Source: an uncultured Chloroflexia bacterium (lineage in GTDB: Bacteria; Chloroflexota; Anaerolineae; Anaerolineales; Villigracilaceae). From it: a DNA stretch of 64,000 nucleotides. Within the stretch, counting starts at the first letter, position 1, and the number at the start of each line of letters is the position of its first letter. Positions 1-9,046 of this stretch are shown piece after piece. Made by a program: the position numbers and the translations under genes. Below the pieces are notes generated by a model. That model saw only the letters and a list, made by a program, of their open reading frames with translations, ran no database searches and was not told the origin of the DNA. The DNA is taken from the NCBI GenBank assembly GCA_963782565.1, contig CAWAKH010000002.1, positions 1,356-65,355 on the forward strand. The letters are read 5' to 3'.

Positions 1-2
1 CA

Positions 3-680
3 GATATGGTCCAGCGTTTGCGTACATTTGGAGGACTTGTATTAGCCCAGTACACGTGGCTGGGTGCCCTGTTTGGCATATATGGATTGTTATCACGGCC
101 GCCACGCCGTGTACTGATCCCAACGCTTTGGATGGGAACGGTCTTTCTTTTCTTTGCGATAACGTATGGCTCGTATGACTCGCAGGTGTATCTTCTGTCC
201 GTCTGGTTGGCGTTGGCTATCTGGATTCCTTTTGGACTGCAGGATCTGCTTGCCTGGCTGCACGATCATCGCCGACTGCAAGTTTCCTGCGTTGGGGTTC
301 TATTTGTCATGCTGCTGATCCGGATTCCTTACCTGTTTTCTTCCGTTGATGCATCGAAGGATGCGCAGGCGGCTACTTTCATCCATAATTCCCTGCAAGT
401 AATTCCTCGAAACTCGCTTGTATTTGTGGACGGCGATGAACAGCTTTTCTCTCTGTGGTATGCTCAATTTGCTTCAGGCCAGCGATTGGATATGGCTATA
501 ATTGCGGAAGGTCTGCTGCCCCAAAAGTGGTATCGTAAAAACCTGGAATATACTTACCCATCCCTAATTGTGCCGCACAGCGACAAGCTTCAACCCTCCG
601 ATCTGGCTGGCGCCAACCGGAACAGGCCATTATGCTATATATCGCCTGCCCAGCCCGTGTTCTGTCTGCAGGATCGATAA
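3..680 (+). CDS. C-terminal part of a polytopic membrane protein, DUF2723/TMEM260-like putative glycosyltransferase; 5' end lies outside the window
   Basis: The frame is open from the window edge to TAA at 678-680. Several hydrophobic helices (LVLAQYTWLGALFGIYGLL, VFLFFAITYG, LLSVWLALAIWIPFGL) are followed by a soluble tail (DGDEQLFSLWYAQFASGQRLDMAII). Family call is from the remembered motif pattern only. Confidence 0.5.
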   Translation, partial: DMVQRLRTFGGLVLAQYTWLGALFGIYGLLSRPPRRVLIPTLWMGTVFLFFAITYGSYDSQVYLLSVWLALAIWIPFGLQDLLAWLHDHRRLQVSCVGVLFVMLLIRIPYLFSSVDASKDAQAATFIHNSLQVIPRNSLVFVDGDEQLFSLWYAQFASGQRLDMAIIAEGLLPQKWYRKNLEYTYPSLIVPHSDKLQPSDLAGANRNRPLCYISPAQPVFCLQDR

Positions 681-724
681 ATTGATATCTCTCCAGGTTT
701 ACCGTTCGATAGCAAGGAAATGAC

Positions 725-1186
725 ATGCCTCAAATTCTATTTGTTTGCACGGCAAATCGATATCGATCTGTGATTGCCGCCAAGTGTTTCGAAAGCGAAT
801 TGATCCAGCGCAAAGAGGAAGACAAGTGGAGGGTTCTCAGCGCCGGCACATGGACTACTGACGGGTTGCCGGCCATGACCGATGCCATTAGAAAGGCACA
901 GGAGATCGGCCTCGATATTCATGAGCACCGCTCAACGGCTATCACGGGAGATTTGCTCCAGGAGGCCGATTTGGTGCTGGTTATGGAAGGCGGGCAGAAG
1001 GAGGCTTTGCAGGTAGAGTTCCCGGCCTGCCGCGAAAAGATCCTGCTGCTTTCCGAGGCCGCAAAAGGAATCGCCTATGATATTCCCGACCCGGTGGCGA
1101 TGCTATCAGACGGGGATTTCGTTTCGGAAATATGTGAATTAGTGCGAACGGGGTTCGATAGCATTTGCCTGCTGGCGCTTCGATAG
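725..1186 (+). CDS. Low-molecular-weight protein-tyrosine phosphatase (arsenate reductase-like fold)
   Basis: N-terminal P-loop ILFVCTANRYRS (CX5R-S signature), a DP motif near the C-terminus (YDIPDP), and 153 aa, typical of LMW-PTPs. Confidence 0.85.
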   Translation: MPQILFVCTANRYRSVIAAKCFESELIQRKEEDKWRVLSAGTWTTDGLPAMTDAIRKAQEIGLDIHEHRSTAITGDLLQEADLVLVMEGGQKEALQVEFPACREKILLLSEAAKGIAYDIPDPVAMLSDGDFVSEICELVRTGFDSICLLALR

Positions 1187-1336
1187 AAATATGGTCCGCA
1201 GCGGCGTCCAATCAAGGGACTACCCGCCAACGCTCTGACCTAAGGCTGTGCAGAGAAGTCATTGCCGCATAGCCCAACCCGGCCTGGGACAACCTCCAGG
1301 CCGGCAGAGTAAACTTAATCTTCCCGGCCCAAAGCA

Positions 1337-1363
1337 AATAAAAAGAGCCGGACCAACCGGCTC
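1337..1363 (-). terminator. Rho-independent terminator of the sigma/anti-sigma operon
   Basis: Perfect 7-bp stem GAGCCGG / CCGGCTC (1345-1351 / 1357-1363) with a 5-nt loop. On the minus strand it is followed by TTTTTATT, about 35 nt downstream of the anti-sigma stop. Confidence 0.65.
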
Positions 1364-1396
1364 GTAATCGTGGTTCAAGTACCCCTGATCGCCAGG

Positions 1397-1666
1397 TCAA
1401 TCAGTACTGCGCCTAAGATAGTCGTCGAGGTTCAAGCGCTTGAACAGGCGTTCACGGACCTCGTCAGGCACAGTAACCGGAATTTCGGTTGGAGAACGAA
1501 CCAAATCGATCGTCCGTTTGGTGGTATTCAACACGACGCGGCAGTTCTCGCATCCAGCCAGATGTTTTTCTATTTCCTGGCAAAGTTCCGGCGTCAGTTC
1601 GCCATCGATATATTCCGACAAAGAGCCAAGCAGAGCATCACAGTTAATATGATTATGATCCGTCAT
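1397..1666 (-). CDS. Zinc-binding anti-sigma factor (ZAS family, RsrA-like)
   Basis: HxxxCxxC motif (HLAGCENC) plus an upstream Cys (NCDALL). The ATG at 1666 overlaps the sigma gene stop by 14 nt, suggesting translational coupling. The longer ORF-track start at 1735 would lie deep inside the sigma gene. Confidence 0.75.
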   Translation of the reverse strand: MTDHNHINCDALLGSLSEYIDGELTPELCQEIEKHLAGCENCRVVLNTTKRTIDLVRSPTEIPVTVPDEVRERLFKRLNLDDYLRRSTD

Positions 1667-2285
1667 TTTTATCCTCACGAATAATGTGTTCGCTGTAATA
1701 GGCAGACAGCCGTTCCCGCAGGAACAGCCGGGCACGAAGCAACCGGGTCTTCACGTTGGTTTCGCTTAAAATGAGGACCTGCGCCGTTTCCTTGATAGAT
1801 AACCCTTCGACGTCTCGCAACACAAAAACCATACGCAGGGTTTCGGGCAGTAGATGAATGGCATCGTCAAGGGACTTTTTCCCTTCCTCTGAGAGGAGCT
1901 GGTCTTCAGGCATGGCGCTCCAGTCAACAAACCGGGTCGGCCTCAAATCGACATCGGAATCGGCGGTTTGGGAGTCCTCAATGTTCACTTCAGGCCTCCT
2001 GCGGCGGATGAGCATCAGGGCTTCATTGGCTGCGATACGATACAACCAGGTCGAAATACTCGAACGGCCCTCAAACCCAGGCAAGTGCGTCAACGCGCTC
2101 ACAAAGGTATTTTGAAGAACGTCTTCGGCATCCTGGGCATTCCCGAGCATTCGCAGCCCCAGACGATAAATGGGCCCGGAGTAGGCATCCACCAGTCGCA
2201 CAAACTCGGCTTGATCTCCGGCACGGAGCGCTGCGAGCGAGAATTCGGTGGGCACTGGATTAACCATTAGATGATTTCCGTTCAC
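1653..2285 (-). CDS. ECF-type RNA polymerase sigma factor (sigma-70 family, group 4)
   Basis: Region 2 motifs (DAEDVLQNTFVSAL, STWLYRIAANEALMLIRRRR) and a region 4 HTH (LSIKETAQVLILSETNVKTRLLRAR). Confidence 0.9.
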   Translation of the reverse strand: MNGNHLMVNPVPTEFSLAALRAGDQAEFVRLVDAYSGPIYRLGLRMLGNAQDAEDVLQNTFVSALTHLPGFEGRSSISTWLYRIAANEALMLIRRRRPEVNIEDSQTADSDVDLRPTRFVDWSAMPEDQLLSEEGKKSLDDAIHLLPETLRMVFVLRDVEGLSIKETAQVLILSETNVKTRLLRARLFLRERLSAYYSEHIIREDKNDGS

Positions 2286-2408
2286 GAAAGTTGCAGTGCC
2301 AGAGTATACATCATCTGCGCTTGTGCATTTTGCAACTTTTCCACGGACTGTGCATCCAAGGAATATGAGAGAAAATCCTGAGATTCGAAAAGGAGCAACA
2401 GTATAAAA

Positions 2409-2810
2409 ATGGAAATGTTAATTGACTTCCCGGGCGGTTCGCGTGTGGACGCCCACTTTGGCAGCTTCACCGTGGCGACCGACCAGCCGCCGGCCGCCAG
2501 CGCCCCGACCCCCTTTGCAGTTTTTCTTTCCTCCATCGGAACTTGCGCCGGTATCTACGTCCTGGGGTTTTGCCGCCAGAGAGGCCTACCGGCTGATGAC
2601 ATTCGTATTGTACAGCGCGTGCACAGCAACCCGATGACCGGCATGGTGGAGAAGATCGATCTTGAAATCCAGGTGCCCCCCACTTTTCCGGAAAAATACC
2701 GAGACTCGCTGATTCGCTCCGCTGAATTATGTGCTGTCAAGAAGCATCTGGAAAATCCGCCAGAGTTCGGTATCACCACAAGTGTGGGGATGCCAGCAAT
2801 GAATCCATAG
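2409..2810 (+). CDS. OsmC family peroxiredoxin-like protein
   Basis: 133 aa. Shows the OsmC-like pattern, including the conserved Cys contexts (IGTCAGIYV, AELCAVKKHL). Divergent from the ECF sigma gene. Confidence 0.75.
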   Translation: MEMLIDFPGGSRVDAHFGSFTVATDQPPAASAPTPFAVFLSSIGTCAGIYVLGFCRQRGLPADDIRIVQRVHSNPMTGMVEKIDLEIQVPPTFPEKYRDSLIRSAELCAVKKHLENPPEFGITTSVGMPAMNP

Positions 2811-2818
2811 GAGCAACC

Positions 2819-3487
2819 ATGGAAAAAATCCTTGATACCGAAGTAAGTAAACAAATCAGCGAAGTCTTTGCAGAGCTAAAAGAACCGGTACAAATCCTGT
2901 ACTTTGGTTCGGGGAATAGCTGTGAAACCTGCGAAGACACCCGCCAGCTTCTGGAGGAGGTTGTAGCCTTAAACGATAAGCTGGGCTTGGCCGTTTATGA
3001 TCTTGAGCAGGACAAAGAGGTGGCCGGCAATTTCAACGTCACCAAGGCCCCCGGAGTGGTGATTGCCGCGAAAGACGGCGCACAGATCACCGATTTCGGC
3101 ATTCGCTTTTCAGGCATGCCGGCGGGACATGAGTTCAGTACCCTTATCACCGATATCATGATCGTCTCCAAGCGAGACTCCGGCCTCAACCAGCAGACTC
3201 GCGACTTCTTGAAGGATCTCGAACAACCTTTACTGCTGCAGGTATTTGTCACACCTACCTGTCCTTATTGTCCGCGGGCCGTGCTGCTCGCGCACCAGAT
3301 GGCAATGGAAAACCCGAAGATGATCCGCGCAGAAGGCGTGGAAGCCACGGAGTTCCCGCAGCTGGCCCAGGAGTATTATGTCAGCGGCGTGCCGCAGACG
3401 GTTATCAATTCCGGGGCTAAAATGGTAGTGGGAGCGGTACCCGAGCAAAAGCTGCTCAGGGAAATCATGCATGTCCTTCAAAACTAA
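2819..3487 (+). CDS. Glutaredoxin/thioredoxin-fold protein disulfide oxidoreductase (two-domain PDO-like)
   Basis: Two thioredoxin-like halves with CxxC motifs (CETC and CPYC). AGGAG lies 7 nt upstream of the ATG at 2819. The ORF-track start at 2729 overlaps the OsmC gene. Confidence 0.75.
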   Translation: MEKILDTEVSKQISEVFAELKEPVQILYFGSGNSCETCEDTRQLLEEVVALNDKLGLAVYDLEQDKEVAGNFNVTKAPGVVIAAKDGAQITDFGIRFSGMPAGHEFSTLITDIMIVSKRDSGLNQQTRDFLKDLEQPLLLQVFVTPTCPYCPRAVLLAHQMAMENPKMIRAEGVEATEFPQLAQEYYVSGVPQTVINSGAKMVVGAVPEQKLLREIMHVLQN

Positions 3488-3519
3488 TCATTGCACTGCC
3501 CGGTTTCGCCCGATGTTCC

Positions 3520-4104
3520 ATGCCGAACCGTAATCTACCTTCCAAGAAGAAAATCGACCCGGTGCTGATCATAAGCGCAGGAGTGCTTGTGGTCAGCCTG
3601 GCCGTACTTGGGTTTGTGCTGCATTCGATGGGCGGGTCGGTCTCGCAGCCCGCCTCCGATCAGTATTCAGTTGCGCCGGTGGCCGTCAACTATCCTGCAC
3701 CGGAACTGGCCCTGGAAAATTTGAATGGAAAAACAAACTCGTTGGCCGATTATCACGGGCAGGTTGTCCTGGTCAACAACTGGGCTATTTGGTGTCCTCC
3801 TTGTAAGGCCGAGATGCCAACCCTTGAGTCCTATTATGAGGAACACGCAGGCAATGGCCTGATGATTATTGGGATCGAAGCGGGCGAATCCAAAAGCGTT
3901 GTGACGCAGTTCGCAACGGACTATGGTCTTAAGTTTCAACTATGGCTCGATCCCGATAACGCCTCGCTCTCTGTATTCAGGAACGAAAACCTGCCAAACT
4001 CTTATGTAATTGACCGCGGTGGGACGATCCGTTATGCATGGACGGGCGAGATCAGCCGGTCGATGCTTGAGAAATACGTCACCCCCCTTCTCTCGCAAGA
4101 ATAG
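3520..4104 (+). CDS. Membrane-anchored TlpA/ResA-family thiol:disulfide oxidoreductase
   Basis: N-terminal TM anchor (VLIISAGVLVVSLAVLGFVL) and a WCPPC active site in the VLVNNWAIWCPPCKAEMP context. Confidence 0.85.
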   Translation: MPNRNLPSKKKIDPVLIISAGVLVVSLAVLGFVLHSMGGSVSQPASDQYSVAPVAVNYPAPELALENLNGKTNSLADYHGQVVLVNNWAIWCPPCKAEMPTLESYYEEHAGNGLMIIGIEAGESKSVVTQFATDYGLKFQLWLDPDNASLSVFRNENLPNSYVIDRGGTIRYAWTGEISRSMLEKYVTPLLSQE

Positions 4105-4157
4105 CCTGCTCAGCGCGGGCACCAAACTCTCACCTGCTTAATCCAAGGGGATGATTC

Positions 4158-4178
4158 GCGATCACATCGCCTTTTTTT
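4158..4178 (+). terminator. Possible weak intrinsic terminator after the redox operon
   Basis: GCGAT-CAC-ATCGC hairpin followed by C + T7. The stem is short, so this is tentative. Confidence 0.4.
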
Positions 4179-4261
4179 CAGGCATTCTGCCTAAAAAGTG
4201 CAAGTGATTACCGGGAATCGAACGAGAAATATCCCGTATACAGGTGTAAACTGACGGGATC

Positions 4262-5530
4262 ATGCGAGATCTATCCAGCTACCTGCGACGTCATAGCCAC
4301 GAGACCTTCTCGTCGCTGTATGTTCGCAATTACCGCTTGTATTACATCGGCCAAATCATTTCGACCTCGGGCACCTTCATGCAGTCGATCGCCCAGGCCT
4401 GGCTCGTGCTCCAGCTTACCAACTCCGGCACCGCCCTGGGAATCGCCACTGCCCTGCAGTATGTGCCCATCCTGGTTCTGGGTCCGTACGGCGGAGTCAT
4501 CGCCGACCGTTTTTCCAAACGAAAAATCCTTTACTTCACACAATCCATATCTGGAATCCTGGCCCTGATCCTGGGCGTATTGGTGGCAACCAGCCTGGTA
4601 AAGCTCTGGATGGTTTACACCCTGGCCTTTTGTCTGGGCCTGGTAACCGTCTTCGACAATCCCACCCGACAGACCTTATACATGGAGCTGGTTGGACCGG
4701 ATCATCTGAGGAATGCTGTTACATTGTATTCCACCCTGGTCAACCTGGCCCGCATCATCGGCCCAGCCATCGCCGCGGGGCTGATCGCGGTCTTTGGTCT
4801 AGCACCCTGTTTTATCATCAATGGAATTTCTTATGGTGCGGTGGTGATCATGCTCGGCATGATGCGCGCCAATGAACTGCTGATCACCCCGCCGGTGCCG
4901 CGCGCCAAAGGTCAGGTGCAGGAGGGTTTCAAGTATGTGGTTTCCACCCCGATCCTCGGGTCTACACTTTTGATGATGGCACTCATCGGAACGCTCACTT
5001 TTGAATTCCAGGTGAGCCTGCCGCTGATAGCGCAATTTACCTTTAAGGGAGATGCCAGCAGCTACGCTTTTTTGACGGGTTCAATGGGGTTCGGCGCGGC
5101 CGTCGGAGGAATTTTCTTCGCTGGCCGTAAAAGCATTGTGCCCTACAAACTGATCAGCGCCTCCCTTCTGTTCGGGCTGGCCATTCTGGCGGCGGCCTTC
5201 ATGCCAAGCCTGTTACTCTCAGGGCTGGCCCTGGTACTGGTGGGAATCTGCTCGATCAACTTCTCTTCGCTTGGGAATACCGTTTTGCAGCTGGAGAGCT
5301 CGCCGCAAATGCGCGGTCGGGTGATGTCATTCTGGTCAGTAGCTTTCCTGGGGTCGACCACGTTCGGTGGGCCTATCGTCGGATGGTTTTCCGAAGTTGC
5401 AGGGGCGCGCTGGGGACTGGCATTGGGCGGCCTGGCAGCCCTGACCGCCGCCGCCCTGGGAGCAGGCACCCTTCGCAATGCCCAGACTGCCAAAAGAGAT
5501 TCCACCGGTCCCGAAGAAAAAGCAGCATGA
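4262..5530 (+). CDS. MFS transporter (EntS/MFS_3-like)
   Basis: About 12 predicted hydrophobic helices. The N-terminus RNYRLYYIGQIISTSGTFMQSIAQAWLVL and the GGVIADRFSKRK loop are typical of this MFS subgroup. Confidence 0.8.
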   Translation: MRDLSSYLRRHSHETFSSLYVRNYRLYYIGQIISTSGTFMQSIAQAWLVLQLTNSGTALGIATALQYVPILVLGPYGGVIADRFSKRKILYFTQSISGILALILGVLVATSLVKLWMVYTLAFCLGLVTVFDNPTRQTLYMELVGPDHLRNAVTLYSTLVNLARIIGPAIAAGLIAVFGLAPCFIINGISYGAVVIMLGMMRANELLITPPVPRAKGQVQEGFKYVVSTPILGSTLLMMALIGTLTFEFQVSLPLIAQFTFKGDASSYAFLTGSMGFGAAVGGIFFAGRKSIVPYKLISASLLFGLAILAAAFMPSLLLSGLALVLVGICSINFSSLGNTVLQLESSPQMRGRVMSFWSVAFLGSTTFGGPIVGWFSEVAGARWGLALGGLAALTAAALGAGTLRNAQTAKRDSTGPEEKAA

Positions 5531-5620
5531 ACCGGATACGGCTTCGGGTGAGGAAAGTTCACAACGGGGCGGCTGCGGGTCTTCTCAGTCCGCCGGGCTT
5601 GGTTGAATTTTTCGATCAAA

Positions 5621-6328
5621 CTAGGGGATCGGGCATTTCTTGCGTACACCGTCCCCATCTGTACGAACGTCGATTGCCGATCCTTCCTGCAGCACAACTT
5701 CCGCGACCACCGGGCTGTGGTCCACATCGATATCGCGGATGGCATAGGTTCCCGGATTCATCTGTACTTCATTATCCGGGAATTGATCGACCGGCGGAAG
5801 GACGATGCCAGCCGGGTCGGCTTCCAGTTGGTGATGCGTGCAGTTTCGCAGAGAAGCCGCTTCAGGCCAGTAAGTCTGCGTAAACTCTGGCAGATTCATC
5901 ACATCGCCGCTTACCACGGAATAATGTGTTTGGATCGAAACCCAGCCTGTTTTGTCAGGCTGACCCGGAATTGGAATCTGCAGCCAATTCGAAAGGACAT
6001 CGCGAGCCTGGGCCGTTGCGCTTTGCCCATCCCTAAGGACAGCAATCGGATTGAACCCCAAATCGGGGCCGCGCCGGATGAAAAGGTTTCCTTTTGTCGC
6101 GGCCACAGTAACTACTTTGGAGGTCTGGATGGGCAAAAAGGTCGCTGTTGGGACCACTGAAGCTGTAGCAGTAGCTACAGGTGCCGTCAAAAACGGCAAG
6201 GCAGTTTCCACAGATGTTCCCGAAGGCGTTGGAGGCAGGGACCTTTGAGAAGGGTTGCAGCCTTGAAGGGAAGCGCACAATACGATCACTAGAAACAAAG
6301 AGCCGATCTTAGCAAATTTTAACGCCAT
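5621..6328 (-). CDS. Secreted lipoprotein of unknown function (possible SH3-like domain)
   Basis: Signal peptide with lipobox (LCASLQGC), a Pro/Thr/Ala-rich linker, then a beta-rich domain (NLFIRRGPDLGFNPIAVLRDGQSATAQAR). Confidence 0.55.
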   Translation of the reverse strand: MALKFAKIGSLFLVIVLCASLQGCNPSQRSLPPTPSGTSVETALPFLTAPVATATASVVPTATFLPIQTSKVVTVAATKGNLFIRRGPDLGFNPIAVLRDGQSATAQARDVLSNWLQIPIPGQPDKTGWVSIQTHYSVVSGDVMNLPEFTQTYWPEAASLRNCTHHQLEADPAGIVLPPVDQFPDNEVQMNPGTYAIRDIDVDHSPVVAEVVLQEGSAIDVRTDGDGVRKKCPIP

Positions 6329-6369
6329 CTTCTATTCCCGATTCAATATGTGAGGCTGCTCATCGCAGC

Positions 6370-6755
6370 CTACGAATCCCGAGCCGGAAGGATTGGCAGC
6401 CTGAATGAGAATCTGCTGCCCCTTCCTTCACCTGCGCAGTGGACCTGAACCTAGCCTTCATGCGCGGTCACGATCGCATTGACAATTGCGAGTCCCAGGC
6501 CGCTGCCCTGATATGCCATTGTATTTCTCCCACAGTGGAAGCGATTGAAGGGCTGCGGCAAACGTCAAACTCCAATCCATCCGGCAGACGGATATCCAGC
6601 ACGACCAAATGCGGCGTGTTCTTCCTAAAATAGTTGATCCCCTCGATAATATTGGATCTCAAAACCACGTTAAGGCCTTCGCGCACCCAGCCGGCTTCGA
6701 GGCTTTGCGCAACGGCGGGGTCGTCCTCGATGATTAGTATTTGCGACTGGCTCAT
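6370..6755 (-). pseudogene. Remnant of a two-component system: the N-terminal ~67 aa of a response-regulator receiver is joined out of frame to the last ~60 codons of a histidine kinase, which also carries an in-frame TAG
   Basis: Receiver motifs ILIIEDDP and HLVVLDIRLPDG..FDVCR come first. A different frame then reads PFNRFHCGRNTMAYQGSGLGLAIVNAIVTAHEG-TAG-VQVHCAGEGRGSRFSFRLP, i.e. the HATPase G2 box and C-terminal strand. Confidence 0.7.
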
Positions 6756-6990
6756 TAGCGGAGAAAATTATAACATTTGTCCCCTGCCTTCAATTTCCAC
6801 ACCGGCCTTGGCTGAGACTCGCATCTGCCTGGCCTGTGTCTTGCCAAAGCACATGGGTGCCGTCTGCTTGCTGCCTTGACCGGCCCACGCCTGCAAGCAG
6901 AACCGGATTTGCAGGCTGGAACGAATCTCACCATAGTTCACGTCCATTCGGTATACTTCGGGCTGGCTCTACGGGCAAAATAAGATAAGA

Positions 6991-8388
6991 ATGGAAAAAG
7001 GATTGTTCTCGATAGAAACAAAATGGCTGGTGCTGGTGGCGGTTGGCATCGGAACGTTTATGTCTGCCCTTGATGGCAGCGTGGTCAATACGATCCTTCC
7101 GGTGGTCACCGACTATTTTAAAGCAGATGTGGCAAGCATTGAGTGGGTGGTGACGATCTATCTGCTGGTAGTCAGCGCCTTGCTTTTGAGCGTGGGCCGC
7201 CTTGGCGATTTGCGCGGCAACAAGATGACCTATGTAGTTGGCTTTGGCCTCTTCATCCTGGGGTCCGCCCTCTGCGGGCTCTCAGGTTCGCCGCTCCATC
7301 TGATTTTGGCACGCGGCTTGCAAGCCATTGGCGCCGCAATGCTGTTCGCAAACTCACCGGCCATCCTTACCAAGAACTTCCCTTCCGCTCAACGCGGTCA
7401 GGCCCTCGGCTTGCAGGGCGCCATGACCTACCTTGGCCTAACTACGGGTCCCTTCCTGGGCGGGTGGCTAACGGATCACTTGGGCTGGCACAGCGTGTTC
7501 TTTATCAATGTGCCGATCGGCGTTCTTGCCATTCTGATGAGCTTGGCCGTGATTCCCAACGATGCGCCTTCGGAACAGAGCGAACCTTTTGACCTGCGTG
7601 GCGCCTTTGCGTTCGCAGTTGGACTGACGGCCTTGTTATTTGCGCTGGATCAAGGCGACAATCTGGGCTGGTTCTCGCTGGCCATCACGGGAACTATTGG
7701 CGCGTCTTTGCTGATCCTGGCTCTATTTGCATGGATCGAACTAAGGGTGAGCGTGCCCATGCTCGACCTCAGCCTCTTTAAACGCCGTGTCTTCACCATC
7801 TCGACAGTCACACCGATCTTGAACTACATCTGCGTTTATAGCGTCCTGTTCTTGATGCCGTTTTACCTGATCCAGGGAAGAGGCCTGTCCGCCTCACAAG
7901 CCGGGCTGATCCTCACCGCCCAGCCAATCATCATGGCGCTGACGGCGCCTGTAAGTGGTAGTTTATCGGACCGCGTAGGTTCACGCCTTCCCACTTCAAT
8001 AGGCATGTTGATCTTTGCGCTTGGGCTGTTCCTGCTCAGCCGGCTGACAGCCGCCTCACCCCTCCATTTGGCCGTCCTTGATCTGGCAATTTGCGGCCTG
8101 GGGACAGGTCTTTTCGTCGCCCCGAACAACAGCGCGCTGATGGGGGATGCCCCCCGTAGCAAGCAGGGCATCGCGGCGGGTGTGCTGGCGCTGGCGCGAA
8201 ATGTCGGCATGGCGCTCGGTGTCGGGCTGACCGGTGCCATCTTCAACTCTTACCTTGGCCAGGCGAATTCGAACTACTCAGCTTTGCTTGTGCGTGCCTT
8301 CGATGCAAGCATGCTTTTCATCAGCGGCGCGGCCCTGTTGGCAGCCTTCATTACTTTTGCAAGGGGGGATGATCGCCCCGGCAGTTAG
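6991..8388 (+). CDS. MFS drug:H+ antiporter, DHA2 (EmrB/QacA, 14-TMS) family
   Basis: 465 aa with about 14 hydrophobic segments. Motifs include LDGSVVNTILP, GRLGDLRGNK and LARGLQAIGAA. Confidence 0.85.
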   Translation: MEKGLFSIETKWLVLVAVGIGTFMSALDGSVVNTILPVVTDYFKADVASIEWVVTIYLLVVSALLLSVGRLGDLRGNKMTYVVGFGLFILGSALCGLSGSPLHLILARGLQAIGAAMLFANSPAILTKNFPSAQRGQALGLQGAMTYLGLTTGPFLGGWLTDHLGWHSVFFINVPIGVLAILMSLAVIPNDAPSEQSEPFDLRGAFAFAVGLTALLFALDQGDNLGWFSLAITGTIGASLLILALFAWIELRVSVPMLDLSLFKRRVFTISTVTPILNYICVYSVLFLMPFYLIQGRGLSASQAGLILTAQPIIMALTAPVSGSLSDRVGSRLPTSIGMLIFALGLFLLSRLTAASPLHLAVLDLAICGLGTGLFVAPNNSALMGDAPRSKQGIAAGVLALARNVGMALGVGLTGAIFNSYLGQANSNYSALLVRAFDASMLFISGAALLAAFITFARGDDRPGS

Positions 8389-8560
8389 TAACGAGCTGGG
8401 TCTGGCTATCCTGCCGAAATACGCGGACCACCGGAAACCCCGATATCTCTTTATCAAATCTTCACAATGGCTTGAAAAAGGCTTCATCAACGTCTGGTAA
8501 GATACCCTTATAAACTCAAATCAACCTCGAGAATTACGAGTTCAGGAAAAGAAAGGAGAA

Positions 8561-8803
8561 ATGACTATGATGCGTTTTGGATTAATGGGAGGTTTCGGGC
8601 TGGCCGGCCTGATCCTCAATCTCGCCATCCTTATTGGGATCATCGTTCTAGTCGTGTGGGCAGTCCGGGGCTTTTCGGCTGGTTCGGGCAATTGGGGTCA
8701 ATCTTCCGGCGGCCAGTCGCCGCGTGATATCCTGCAGATGCGCTATGCACGAGGCGAGATCACCCGCGAACAATATCAGCAGATGTTGAAGGACTTAACC
8801 TGA
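8561..8803 (+). CDS. Small membrane protein with C-terminal SHOCT domain
   Basis: One TM helix, then LQMRYARGEITREQYQQMLKDL (SHOCT signature). AAGGAG lies upstream of the ATG. Confidence 0.7.
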   Translation: MTMMRFGLMGGFGLAGLILNLAILIGIIVLVVWAVRGFSAGSGNWGQSSGGQSPRDILQMRYARGEITREQYQQMLKDLT

Positions 8804-8828
8804 GCTCAGGGAAATACGATTCAACAAA

Positions 8829-8860
8829 CAGCTGCGGAGGGTATCCACCGTCCGCAGCTG
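8829..8860. terminator. Hairpin between convergent genes (possible bidirectional terminator)
   Basis: Perfect 10-bp inverted repeat CAGCTGCGGA / TCCGCAGCTG with a 12-nt loop. There is no strong T-tract. Confidence 0.4.
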
Positions 8861-9046
8861 TGATTCCACTACCCAACGCAAACAGCTTACCTTCCTTCTC
8901 GCTCAGACCAGGCGTTTCAACCCGTAGCCGGATTATTGCTCGCGCTTTCCTCAAACGGCTGGCGCCTGGTTTCGATCATCCACAAGTGGAATTTCAGCAG
9001 GAGTCCTGAAATCCTGTCTTGATTCTTCGGTATTGACGGCCCTTCT

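Noticed and set aside
5143-6160. Long ORFs 5143-5745(-), 5383-5883(+), 5603-6160(+)
   Set aside because: They overlap or lie antisense to the MFS gene end and the lipoprotein gene. Their translations are Arg/Pro/Ser-rich low-complexity typical of off-frame GC-rich sequence, with no recognisable motifs.
7531-7545. CTGATGAG sequence (hammerhead ribozyme core-like)
   Set aside because: It lies inside the MFS coding region, with no matching CGAAAC/GAAA core or stems nearby.
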